From Octopus sinensis (Eukaryota): a DNA stretch of 64,000 nucleotides. The stretch lies in NCBI RefSeq assembly GCF_006345805.1, contig NC_043003.1, positions 62,496,001 to 62,560,000 of the forward strand. The letters run 5' to 3'. Each line of letters begins with the position of its first letter. Positions within the stretch are counted from its first letter, which is position 1. The position numbers and the translations under genes were made by a program. This document shows positions 1-13,490 of this stretch, in pieces. Under the pieces are notes generated by a model that worked only from the letters and a program-made list of their open reading frames with translations, searched no databases and was not told where the DNA came from.

Positions 1-1235
1 AAAGTATGCCGAGGCAAACACACACAAGCATGTGCACATGCACACACACACACACACATACACTCACACATACATACGTACAAACAAATACACACACAAA
101 TACACACATGATGGGGTTCCATACATTGTCAAATCTGCTCTTAAACACATTTACTAATTTATTTTAGTTGAAAAAATGTAATGGCTTATTTTAATGGCTT
201 AAATATAATGTTAAAAAGTTTTCAGTTTAAGTTGTTCTTTGTATAGAGAAAAAAGTAAAATAAAGGAATAAAATTCTATGAAGAATATAAGCTAAGAACA
301 AACCACAGATTAAAAAGAAAAGGTTCTTATCAAATTTGGTTTGCAGAATACTATTTAACTTACTAATGAATGCAAGCTGTTATATATAAGAATTTATCTT
401 GCATGAAGAACATCATCTTCTATACAAATGTATTTCTTCTGTGCTTCAATAAAGAATTGTTGTGTAAGAAACCATTACTAACATTTCTGTTTGCATTCAT
501 TTCTCTTCATCACCATATATTAAAACTCTGAAAATCTTGTCATTTGTATTATGATTGATTAAATGAATATAGGCAAGTAAAATATTATTTTAGCACAAGG
601 TATAACCTCAAGTTCATATAGCTTTCATCAGTTTTAACAAATCATTTAAATAATGTTTATAGTTCATGTCATTTAAGAAGGTTCTATATCTTTTGTTCAT
701 TGGCATTTTCTTTAAATTTCTATTTTTTCTTTTTTTTCCCCATTTTTAAAATGACTTAAAGTAAAACTACAATAACTCCCAGTGTGCCATAATTTTTTTA
801 AAAAGCAAAAACAAAATTAGAATTAACTGTTACTTGGAAAGCAACAAACTCAATTGCAATATGAAAGTTGGTGAAATATTTTTAATGCTTCAAGGCTTGA
901 AGTATTGTAGATTTTTATTTTACAAGTGCAATATTCAGTTTTTATTGTTCTTCCTTCAGATAACCAACAAAAATATTTCCCATAATTAACTTAGAAAATA
1001 TGTATATTGTACTTTTAACCCTAAAGCATCAGTTTCTTCTCATCCTTTTAACTATTATTATTCTAAAACACTTCAGTTTTAAGTCAAATTGCATCACAAA
1101 AATAGAAGTAATGACCGATGCAGAAATCAATAAATTCTTAACTAAATAATGTCTATAATTTCTCTGCCTATAAATAAAAAGATTTTTTGTAACAGTAGTT
1201 CATAAAATTGCTATCCACAATACCTTATATCAATT

Positions 1236-1270
<35 letters not shown>

Positions 1271-4200
1271 TTGCATATATGGATGTAAAAGGTTATGTTA
1301 CATAAAATAACTATTAAAGTAGCACATCAAATCTGTTAGCTGTTTAGCAAACAGTATGTGCTTATTTGTATACTATGTTCGGTGCATTTATAACAAATTA
1401 TTTAATTCAATAAACTATAAATTAATATAGTGCGTTAACTCTTCAAGTACTTCTAAACTCATAGCTTACTAACTCCTTTAGAACAAACCAGTTGAGAATA
1501 TTTTGATGAGAATAAATAAAAGATAAGTAAAAAAAAACTATGGAAGACTATCAGATTTTTATCATGATGAATGACTCTGTCAAGAACATAATCTTATATG
1601 ATTGCCAGCATAAAATTAAGAAAGCAATTGAAACGAAGCTTTTTAATTTATATATATAAATGTATGTGTTTGTGTGTGTTTTGAGTAAGATATAAGCTTA
1701 TTTTCATGTATGCTTATTTTCTTGATATTGATAATGACTTTGGCTAGACTAAACACAGTGGTTTCTTTAATATTCAGGATTCAGAAAGTAGTTACGAGCA
1801 TAATTTGAAATGATGCTGCTTCATATTCATTGTCTCTAATCAAAAGCAGTAACTTGTTCTAATAGCATGCCAAATAAAGAAAATATTGATTTAACAACTA
1901 GAGATAGAAATGTTAAGCATATCATGTAGAAAGAGGAAGTTGTTCTAATCAACTCCTTTGTAGACAGTATGACAAAATTGCTCAAATTAAGCGAAAAATT
2001 TGCTAACATGATAACTTTGCATTTAACCTCTAATGTGATGAAAGTAAAGATTTTAGAATCGCCCACAGTTTAAAGTTTGAGGGTTGATCTTTGTTAGAAA
2101 ACACTCAGCATATGATTACTGTATTCCTGAATCACATGAAACATTCTGAAAATGTATTTATTACTATATGTTCTCCGCTCTTGCTCTCTTCAGACAATTA
2201 TATTAATTGGGAAGACATGATAGAATAAATTTCCACTCTGTTGTTATATTTTCTCTTTATGTGCTTGTTCTTTTTATATTCATGTAGCATTATTGATACT
2301 AAATATGACATAAATTTGCAGTAATGTTATAATATCATTAAGCAGTGCTTGTGTTAGTCATGGAATGCTTCATACTATTTTAGTTATCCTTGGTGAAGTT
2401 TTTAATTAATTTTTTTATGTGACTCTTTCAGTACTATAAATACATTACTTATTCAATGTCTAGCATAGGTATAATAAACCAAGGTGAACAACTTACAGCT
2501 TTAAATCTATCATCTTCTATTAAATTTACTAAGTCTCTATAGAAATATTAACAGCACTACAGTAACTTGACATGTTTTTCCCCTTTCTTTTTTTTTCCAT
2601 ATTATCATTGTAGAATCAGAAATAACTTGCTGCTATTTCCGAATATTAAATGACACTGTAAACTTTATTGATTAGTTCCTTCCTTGTAAATTATCCCTCT
2701 TTTAATTAAATATTATATCTGACACTATTTCATTTCGCTACTATTCTCGCTATAACTGAGCATATACGTTTTGGTTTGATACCTGTTTGTTACTGAATGT
2801 GTCATTTATAAAATCATTGTTTATAGTGCAACCTGTTATTTCAAAATGTAATTCTTGCACAGATGAATTACCAGAAATAAATGAAAATGCTGAAGTTATG
2901 AAACATATAATTTAATTTTACCTTGCTCCCGGCTTAAGAATGTAATAAATGATTAATTACACCTTTTGTTGGAATGTAACATGTAGTTTATATGAAGCTC
3001 CAGTATGCTTATTTTTAGGTTTTGATCAGGCTTATTTTCTTCTCATTTCTCTCAAGTTCATCTTAAAACTCTGTGGTAAAACAGATTAAGACATTGACAA
3101 TTTTTTACCATGCTTTTGCATGGTTTTTAGTTGTGATATCTAAAATGAAGCATCTTACTTCTATAAATCCTATTTATTGCTGGTGGTTCAGTATGAGAGA
3201 CATATCACCATTTAGCTAAGCTGTTTACTTCTACCTCTTCCCTAATTACTCAGTTTTTCAACCAATTATATATTTAATCTTATTTACATTTTATTCTTCA
3301 GTACCAGTTCCATCTCTGATTTGTTTCACAATTGAAATTTCCTGAGTAAATTGTAATTCTATACACATTACAAATCTAATCAATCACATTAAAGGACTTT
3401 ACTCTTAGATAAGGAATGGTGCAAATCACTGTAGATACCAACTTCACTTTGTCATTAAATCAAAGCTTTGCCTATTCTTACACTTCTTAAGTCTAAAATT
3501 GAATTTCATATGTAAAATAGAAATAGAAGGTAGATTTGAAGATATATTTGAATTATACATGGACAATAATGACCAGAATTGAGTTTGTTGCTTTCTAAGT
3601 AATATACATTTATAAATTTGTTAGTGCTTTCTAAAATATTCTCTTACTTTTTCTTAGATAAGGAAAAGTAAGAATATTTTGCAAAATACCTTACTCTATT
3701 GGTAAATATCACATATCTTTATTTCTCTTGTTTAAGTTTGATACTTTTAGTGAAATAGATGGTTGTGCCCCAGCATGTCCACAACATCTGGCTGAAACCA
3801 TTAATAGAATAATAAAATATGAAAATGATTGCTCATAGCTAATTTAAAAATATAACAATTTTTTTTTCTGTTTGATATAATATTAAGTCATAATTTCTAT
3901 CTTTATTTCCAAATATATCCTAGCAGAGTAGACTTGGGCATTTTCTATCAGACTTAAATAAGCTTCCTAACAGCAACATAACACCTATCTACCTAATCAC
4001 AAATATGGTAGAGAAGAATATTTAAATATGCGATGTCTGACATATAAGATCTGTAAAACTTCAAAAACGGAAAAAAAAAGAACATATAAATAAATAAAAT
4101 AAACAACACTACAAGTTTGTGTTATAAGTGAAGAATAATTCAGTCAGACATTTTGAACTGCAATGTAAAATATAGTGATATCTATCACATACATTACAGA

Positions 4201-6689
4201 CTTTATATCAATATACTGACTGATGTCAAATAAAGCTAGATAGAGCTGAATAATATATGCCACCATAGAGATTGTACACATTGTTAGGATTTGCATAGTA
4301 TTAGACAAATGAAAGGAAGATACATTATAAAAATCAAAAAGGTATGATATCTAATTTTAAGACATCAACTAGCCTCTATGAAATATAAGATTATATGTGA
4401 AATATGGGACTATTGAGAAATAGAGATAAAGTTACAAATATTCTTTGTAAGGAATATTGAAAAATTCCTAATGGACTAAATCCAATTTGTACAACAAAAT
4501 AAATCTACATACATCAATTTGTTAATAAATTAAATGAGATAATGTTAAGTTTAAAGCAGTTTTGCAACACTCTGGCTCCAGGTTCAATCCCATTGTATAG
4601 CACTTGGCAAGTGATTTCTACAACAGTCTTGGTTTAACTAAAACCATGTGAGTGGAGTTTAGTAAACAGAAACAATGCAGAAACCCATCATCATCATCAT
4701 CATCATCATCGTTTAACGTCCGTTTTCATGCTAGTATGGGTTGGATGGTTTGACTGGGTCTGGCAAGCCAGGAGGTCACACCAGCCCCAATCGGATCTGG
4801 CAATGTTTCTACAGCTAGATGCCCTTCCTAACACCAACTACTCCAAGTGTGTAGTGGGTGATTTTTATGTGCCACCAGCACAAGAGCCAGTCGGAGCTAG
4901 GGGTTTAGCATCGACCATGTTCGGATGGTGCTTTTTATGTGCCACTGGCATGGGAGCCAGTGAGGCAGCACTGGCATTGACCATGTTGAGATGGTACTTT
5001 TTACGTTCTACCGGCATGAGGAGCCAGTCAGATGGCATTGGCGATGACCCATGCATGAATGGTGCTTATTGCTTGCCACGAGTATGGGAGCCAGTCAGGC
5101 GGCACTGGCATCGGCCACAACTGCAATTTCCATTTGATTGTGGTTTGATTTGATTTTGATTTTGATGTACTTGACTCAACAGCGCGACATGTCACCCACA
5201 AAATATATATATTTATATATAAATGTACAGGCATAAGCAAGCTGTGTTGTAGGAAATTTACTTCTTAACCACATACTTTTAGGTTCAGAGCCATTGTGTG
5301 GCACCTTGGGCAAGTGTCTTCTGCAATAGGCCAGGACCAACGAAAGCCTTGTGTGTGTACTTGGTAGATGGAAATCAAAAGAAATTTGTCGTGTGTGTGT
5401 GTGTGTGTATGCATTCTTGTTTCCTTGCCTTGACATTATGTGATAGTTGTAAATGAGCATCACTGTCATGCAAGCAGTGTCCTTTGTTTCTAATCTTCCA
5501 TAAAAACACACCCATAAAATAAACTTAGATCGTTAGAATATAGATTACTTTGATTAAGTCAACCTGGGATTGTTTCTACTTTAATCCCTAGTGAGGAGAT
5601 GGTTCATGTCTGGCCATGTGGAAATATTATCTTTTTTGGAAGTGAGTGAGGGCTGACAACAGAAAGGGCATCAGGAAATTTCATCCAGCACATGTAAGCA
5701 TCGAAGAGTGGACAGTAAAATGATGATGATAATGATGATGGTGATGATGATGATGATGATGATGATGATATGCATATATGTATATTTTTTTGTCTTAATG
5801 ACAGTTTTTCTGTACTAGCACGGGTTAGGCAAAGATGTATTTGACAGGGTTCATAAAGCAGGATGCTGTTCCTGTCACTAACCTTTATCTACTTTTCAAA
5901 TAAGGGATTATTTTTATTCCAGTAGAATTTGGAAAAGCAGAGTTAACAGATGATTTGTTGATTGGAGATGTTAACAATTGTCATCAGTGGCAGCCCAGTC
6001 ACAAACAATAGTGTCACTGTTTGTAGCTGATGAGTGTCTTTTAAAAATGTGTATCAGCAAAAGATAAAAACTCTAGCAAAAATAATGTTGTCATCACCAC
6101 CCTCATCATCATCGCCATTTTTTGCCAAGCTTACCATGCTATCTTAGGTCAAATGGATCATCTCAATCCAAGTCAGTTGTTATTTAGAGTTGCTGCCCTC
6201 CTGGATAGATTCCACTTTTTGTCAGTGGCTGAATCTACATCTTAGCATCAACCACTATACAGAGAATACTAGGTACATTTTAACTTGACACAAGCACTAG
6301 AGAAGTTCTTATGTCTTTGGCAAGACTAAAGTGTCTCTCAAACCTATGTTGTCCATGTTCACTTGCTAACCCCTTTGTGGAGTGTATTGGGTGCATTTTA
6401 TCATGGCACCAGCATGAGTGAAAGTGTTTTGTACTTCAGAAGACCAAAGAGTGTTCCCTATTCTACATTGTCTCATTTATTGAAGATAGTGTGACCAAGA
6501 GGGTAAACAGAAGAGGGGGCAATGACTGAAGATTAACAAGGAAAAGGGGGATGTAGAAAGAGAGTGAATGAGGCAAGAAGGTGATGGTAAAAATGAAAGG
6601 TGATAAAAAAAGGAGTAATAGAAAGGTTAGTGCAAGAAGAAGTAATGAAGAGACACAGTAATGAGAGAGATGCAGTGATGTTTACTCAT

Positions 6690-6890
6690 AAAGGAAGGAA
6701 TGAGTGATAGATAGTCACAGAGAGGATAAGAGGCAATGATGGATGTTAATAAAAAGATAGAGTGATGGTTAAGTGTGCAGAAAGATAAGGTTTGCCACTT
6801 AGAGACAGCAGAGGTGGAAGTTACATGTAGAGAAGAGTGGTGGTAAGAGTGTGATGGATGTTAATAAAGAGTAACCTGGAGGTGAGGGAG
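6690..6890 (+). repeat. Unclassified purine-rich dispersed repeat; inverted copy at ~13850-14090
   Basis: Shared gtgatggatgt(t/c)aataa (twice per copy), aagataaggtttgc, gagtaacctggag. Confidence 0.65.
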
Positions 6891-9171
6891 AGTCATGGCT
6901 AACAGTACAGATGAATGATGGTGGTTGCAATTTCAAGTTTTTTTTTTCTATTAGTATCAAGAGCACAAGCTTTTGTTGCTAGAAATTTAGCTGTACCTCT
7001 GAGCACTTGTTTCCCTTGTGGTAGCCGTATAAAAGTGTTTATGTAAGATAAATGTTGATAGTATATACACTAAAACAAATATTCATCTAGTTCTGATGAT
7101 TAATAAAAGACTCAACTTTGTATGCATTTCCTTTATATTTTGGCAAAGCATCAATAAAAATACAAAATTATTAAAATATGATACTTAACATGTAGGTTTT
7201 ACTTTGACAGAAATTTGAAATGAATTTTTTCTATATGAAATGCTAACATAAGAATCTCTTTGAAATATCAAATTTATTTCCAGCAACAGTAATACAAAAT
7301 AAAATAATCTTATTTTTTTAATGCAAACATCCAAATGTCTAGTTTAGTATCAAGTATTACTTCAATAGATTTTTAGGTTTGAATTTTCGCTAATGTTGAT
7401 ACAAAATATCAAATATTGCTTTCTGGTAAATGTTCACCCAATTAAGCTAACTGCTAGTTCATAAAGTAAGATAAATTATTATATTAAAGCAAATTCTAAC
7501 TTGCTATAAATATAATTAATAAAGAGCAAGGTGTTTCTCATATTTACTGATATAAGCAATCCCATGCAAACAATTAGATCCAGTTAATAATGTAAACTTA
7601 AACGTAGGCACAAAATCAGTAATGTTTAAAAGCAATTACCAATCATAATAGTAAATATTCTGCACACTTTGAAAATGTATCAAGCCATGTGTAAATATAT
7701 AAATAAACAAACAAACACCTATCAACTCTTTAAATGAAATCTGAAATAAAATTATTTGTGAAAATCAAAGCAGAATTATTTTCAGTTTGACGAATCAGTA
7801 TTTATTTGCTAATATATATAACATATCTGCTTATGTGTTTTCTATTATTAATGTGCAAACATTTAGTTGTAAAATTGCTTCCTTTGAAAGGTTATGCATA
7901 TACTTAAAAAAATATGTTAGCATCTGACATTATTGTAAATATGTTGACAGAAATGCGGTTTATAAATAATCAATAATTTAATTAATCATTTACTTATTAC
8001 ATAGTTCTCTTCAGTTCGATAACACTGCTATTTCATTTGTATGCTTTCTAATCATTTTCTATTCATCATATTCTTTCTCTTTAACTAAGCCACACAGTTT
8101 AATATATGCATATGTTAAGTGCAGCTTGAATATACTTACGTAATATACCAAATTTAAGATAGAAATGATTTTCATCAGTGACAGCTTTGTTTTTACAAAT
8201 TATATCTTATATGTGAATGAAAGTCTTGTATTTAATGTAAAAAAATAAATAAATAAAAGAGCTTTTCAAATTTCCTACTGATTCTTGCTCTCAGTAATAC
8301 AGCTGACAGAAAAAGCAAGTAAACATATTTCGATATCTTTCTAGTCTTTCAGCTGTAGTCACAGTCGTTTGTAATGTGACTTCTGTATTTGTTCATTTTC
8401 AATTGATTCAGAATTTCCATTCTTGTGCACAGTCACTTTCACTACAACCAAGGAGTTACATCTCACCTAAAGTGTATTTGAAGTGATGTAACTCAGAACG
8501 CTATCAAGAAGGCTCAGTTATTCAGCATTATCAGACTGTCTGGAAAATATAACTTTCAATTTTTATTCAAACTGTGGCAAAGAAGCTGCTGTTGGATTTT
8601 AGCAGATGTATAGGTCACAAGAACTTCAGATACACAGACTATTTGACAGCTGAATAATCATGAACTGAAATCCAGGGATTGTTTGGATTGTACAATATAG
8701 ATTGAAATATGATGATTGTTGTGGCATTGGTAGAAGAAAATAGCTTGGGACTTATAAAGTATGGGAGACAAGAAAGATAAAATATTTCACTTTACAGATA
8801 CAATCATTTATATAAGATGTATAAAAAGCTAAGACATGATGACAATAGAAGCTGCAAACTCTTTTTATAGTTGCAGAGGTGTTAAAATGTGTTAAAGGAA
8901 GGAAACTAAATACTTATTTAAGTGACAATAAAGTCCATATGAATACTGGCTTCAGATGGAGATAAACATTGCATAGTTTATATGCCTTATGATACAAATG
9001 TAAGTTCTAAATATGGATATAACAATTCTACTTTACATTTTATAATCCAGAAGTCTTTGACTGGGTTCCATTTCTATATCCTGATTGGTAATAAAAGCTG
9101 TCTGGATATCAGGATTTGAATTACTGAAGAATGTGTGTATTGGTTTGAATCTTCTAGTGATCTGTCTTCAG

Positions 9172-9269
9172 CTTACTTACCTTCACCCTAGTTATTGGGA
9201 AAATCCCTGGATATTGTTAACTTTTGAACAAACAATATTAGAACAAGCAAAAAATATTGAAGTAGATAT
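9172..9269 (+). CDS. Candidate exon LTYLHPSYWENPWILLTFEQTILEQAKNIEVD
   Basis: Acceptor tctgtcttcag, donor AT|gtgagt; 98 nt, only frame 0 is open. Confidence 0.4.
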
Positions 9270-11034
9270 GTGAGTAGGGTGGGAGTGGTTTACAAAATTG
9301 TTATTTCTGTCAGCATCAATATTTTTTCTCAGAGCAAAAGACATTATTCAGAAGGAATAAAAAAAAAAGTATAATGCTATATTTCAATGACTCTGGTAAC
9401 TGTGGTAACTAGAGACAAATTATTCGAATATTATCATTTGTATATACAATGAGAGAAGCTAAATGGAAGTGTAATGAAAATTGATATTACTACTTGAGAA
9501 AAAAAATGATATTAGTTTTCCAGAAAAAAAGGAAAGAAATAATATAAATTATATGGAGATCTAAGACAGTCGATAAAAGGGCAAAAAGGTTTTTATTTAC
9601 ATTTCTCTATGTTCTTTTATTATTACATTGCTCAGATAAGTAGATAACAATCTGTTTACTGTTGCAAAATAAATACTGGTAATACAAAATATTTATTTTG
9701 ATTGAAATAATAATTGTGAAGTATAGCTGAAATAATAATTTTATCTTTACACTTTTAGTTAGATGTGAACATGCTTTTAAAAATTTATTTGTATGAATAT
9801 GTTTCAAATTAGGTGTTTATTAAAGAGAACCTTTCTAAATCTGGATTATATTAAACTGAAAATTAAGCTGTTGATATTTCAGTGAATTATTTCAAACTTG
9901 TTATTACCAACATGCTGTAACCCCCATATGCATATATATGATGAAAAGCATTCTAATTATTCAGGGATGGTGTCCCAAGGACCACATTAGCCAATGTAAA
10001 CTTTCTTTCTTTTTATAAATTGTGATTTCAGGGCGGTTTGAGTGATATTTCTAGCTGTTCAAAATATAAAAATATAAATAAAATAAATGTAACAACTTGC
10101 TAGTTTTTCTTCCAGTCTGTTTCAATTTTGCTTATTCTATCTCATAAATTTATCTCAGAATAAGTTGTTTAATTTAATAAAGAAGAGTTCTCTTTTTTAT
10201 TTATGATTTTAATATATTCTCTTTTTTATTACCCTTGTATAAACGGCTTCAACACACCTATATTTAATCTAATCTTCCTACCCAAATGCAAACTTGCATT
10301 CCATAAAAAACACATGTAATCTCCATAAAATTTTTTCCTGATGTCATATGTTGGTCTGTTAAAATCCAAATAACTGTCTTACTAGATCTTCCTTTACTCA
10401 CAACTTTTATTTTATTCTAACACAAACATTTTTGTCCTTAAAAAGTGAATTTGATGTCTAACATATACTGTATCTGAATTTCATCAAGAACTTCTTTATC
10501 TGCTGAAGTTCGGTCTTGTTCTTGTATGCATATTACTTTCATTTACCACCTCTTTCTATTCCAACTTTATTTAATCTATCCAGTTAGTTATCTATTTGTT
10601 AAATTTTATTCATTTAATTAATTTTTTATACCTTTTGTCTCCCCTCTTCTCCTTAAGTACCTACTTTTCCATTAAACTTTGAAAATTTGCAGTTTCTGGT
10701 GAGTGTGCTGGTGGCACATCTGTGCCAGTGACATGTAAAAGGTACCTGTGCCAATGACACGTAAAAGACACCCATACCAGTGACATGTAAAAGACACCCA
10801 GTACACTCTATGGAGTGGTTGGCATTAGGAAAGGCATCCAGAAGTAAAAACCAAGTCAAAACAGACTGGAGCCTCATGCAGCTCTCCAGCTTACCAGTTC
10901 CAGTCACTGGTGTCTTTCATGTAACCCATGCCAGCATGGAAAGCAGATGCTAAATGGCAATTCTATTTCAGAATAATGTGATTTCAACAGCTACTGTTAA
11001 CATTTTCAGTCAAAGAACTATAGTCACTTTAAAT

Positions 11035-11224
11035 CAGTGGGGGTCCATATAAGATTTTGCTGTTAAAATTTATGTGCAATATACTGGTTAAACTTCTATA
11101 TTACACAATTTTTTTTTTTTTTTACACAATTCTTAATATTTAATTATAAAAATATAATAATCTGCATTTTTAAACACTGAATGGCCATGAGGGTCCACCG
11201 ATTTCAAATTGTTGAGAACCACTG
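11035..11224. mobile_element. hAT-type MITE
   Basis: Ends cagtgg ... gttgagaaccactg; 8-bp TSD ctttaaat / ctctaaat (7/8 match). Confidence 0.75.
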
Positions 11225-11994
11225 CTCTAAATGGTAAATAGTCAAATGTTAACTGGGGGTTTTGTCCAGTTAGGCAACCTTACTACTGTACATTAGAATA
11301 TTATGGCTCTCTTTTCTTTTAGGAGTGGGCAAGGGTGGTAAGCTCAACAGATCCGCCTGTACAATACTACATTTAGCTTTTGGGTGCCTTCTGCAGAATT
11401 CGCACTTTCAGGATAACATGGTCTTTTGATATGTTATTTTCTACAGCAGTTTCATAACATAGTAACACTATTTATCAGAGAGTACAGATGGAGAAAAATT
11501 CCTAGCAGTGGCCTTCCACTGGTAGTTGCTGGTCTGGTGCTGTAGGAAACACCTTGAGAAGCTTCCTGTTAATTGGCATGTAATCTCCGACTGACTTCTT
11601 CTCACTCACTTCATGCTCTGCTCAGAGAGCAACAAGAATTTGAGAAGTTTTCATGTGGCTTCTGACATCCAGCATGACTATTTCCAGAGATAGAGATAGT
11701 GATTAGTGACAACTCATGAGTTATGGCTTCCTCTTTCCTTTTATAGAAATGTCATTAAATGAAAATGAAAACTAATTAGAATAAGGTTAATTTTTCCCTC
11801 TTATATTGCAAAGCTGTGAACTTTGATCTTGTCTGAACCCCTTCTAGCTACACTTACTTAAAGTCAGCCCTCTAAATTCTTCTGCTGTCTCTGCTGTTTT
11901 CCAAACTCATCCGGCTGCAATAAACTGTTTGATTATTTCATATTCTTCATTGAAGATATCTATCTCATATCACCCTTCTCTGAAGTCTTTCTCC

Positions 11995-13490
11995 TTCATC
12001 ATCATCTTCATCATCATCATCATCATTTAATGTCCACTTTCCATGCTGACACAGGTTGGATGGTTTAACTTAGAGCTGGGTAGCTGGGAGCTGTCTAGAC
12101 TCCAAGTCTGTTGTAGCATGGTTTCTATGGTTGGATGCTTTCTACATGCTATTGGTATAGGTGCATTTACACAGCACCAGCACAGGTGCATTCATGCAGT
12201 ACTGACACAAGTGCTTTTTATGTGGCACCAACACCTGAAAGGATGAGCCTGTATATGTGGAAGAGAGCGATTTTACTTAGCTTGATACATCTTATCAAGC
12301 AGAGCAAATCACTACATCTCCCAGTCCCTTGTTATTTCCTCAGTGAGATCTCCAGCATTCTAAGATCCTTTCTCACCACTTCGGCCCACGTCTTCCTGAG
12401 TCTATCCCTTCCACAGATACCCTCCACAATTAGAGCTCAACATTTCTTTACGCATCTTTCCTCATCCATATTCATCACATGACTGAACTAGTCCAGTCTT
12501 CTCCCTTGCACACAACATTTGACGCATCTTATACCCAGTTTTCCTTTTAAATCATTTACACTCTGTTGTGCATGCACACAGATATTACCCATCCAGCAGA
12601 GCATGCTAGCTTCATTTCTTTCAAGCTTTCACAAGTCCTCTGTCATCAAAGCCCATGTTTCATTGCCATGTAATATAGCTGTAGATACACAGGCATCATA
12701 CAATCTGCCTTTCACTCTGAAGGAGAAGCCCTTAGTCACCAACAAAGGTAGAAGCTCTCTAAATTTCTAATGATCCACCCAAGCATTGAGGGAGCTTATT
12801 GTCTGTGCATTTTTAGTGTTTATTGTACCTGCACATGTGCCTCACACAAATACTATATTCTCCAATAACTTTCCTCTGATACCATTACATCTCTTATGTG
12901 TCCAAAGCTTGCAGTGAGTACAATGTATAGAGTTCCTACCAACACCCTTCTTACATATCAAGCAGGGCCATCTCCCAAAAGGGAGTTGTGATTTGTCTTT
13001 TTTCTTATTTACTAGGTCTTTGGTTTTTACTAAATTTATTCTAAGACCCTTAGATTTTAGGCCTTATTTCCATACCTGAAATTTCTTCTCTAGGTCAGGT
13101 AGTGATTCAGCAATAAGGACAAGGTCAAGAGCATAGATTTGCTGCCAGGGACAGCCATCTTGAATTCCTCTGTTAAGGCTTGGAGGACAAACATAAACAA
13201 GTGGGGCCTGAGAACTGAACATTGGAGAACTCCTACTTGTACACCAAATTCATTGCTATACTCATTACCAACCTTCACCTTACTGGCAGCTTGTACCACT
13301 CTCACTAACCACTCATCTACCTCTAGCTTTCACATTGACCACCAGATAAGGAAGTGGGGGACTCTATCAAAGGCTTTCTCCATGTCATGAAAGGCGGGTA
13401 CAGAGGTTTATTTTTGGCTAAATACTTCCCCTGCAGTTGCCTAACCAAGAATATAGCATCATCCTTGGTGGGTTTAATATTTATGCAGTG
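11995..13490 (-). mobile_element. 5'-truncated RTE-clade LINE (RT, PHD-like finger, C-terminus, 3'UTR, (GAT)n tail)
   Basis: Frameshifted RT motifs DAIFLVRQLQGKYLAKNKPLY and SKVKVGNEYSNEFGVQVGVLQCSVLRPHLF; GRPRKTWAEVVRKDLRML near the C-terminus; (CAT)n on the + strand at 12000-12027. The 5' side abuts a SINE. Confidence 0.9.

Noticed and set aside
4728-5153. 141-aa ORF, and a CRISPR-like repeat/spacer look of the ~65-bp units
   Set aside because: Lies wholly in the RTE-tail repeat. The units are degenerate tandem copies, the context is eukaryotic and there are no cas genes.
9050-9130. EVFDWVPFLYPDW resemblance to a transposase-associated motif
   Set aside because: Too short and broken by stops to assign.
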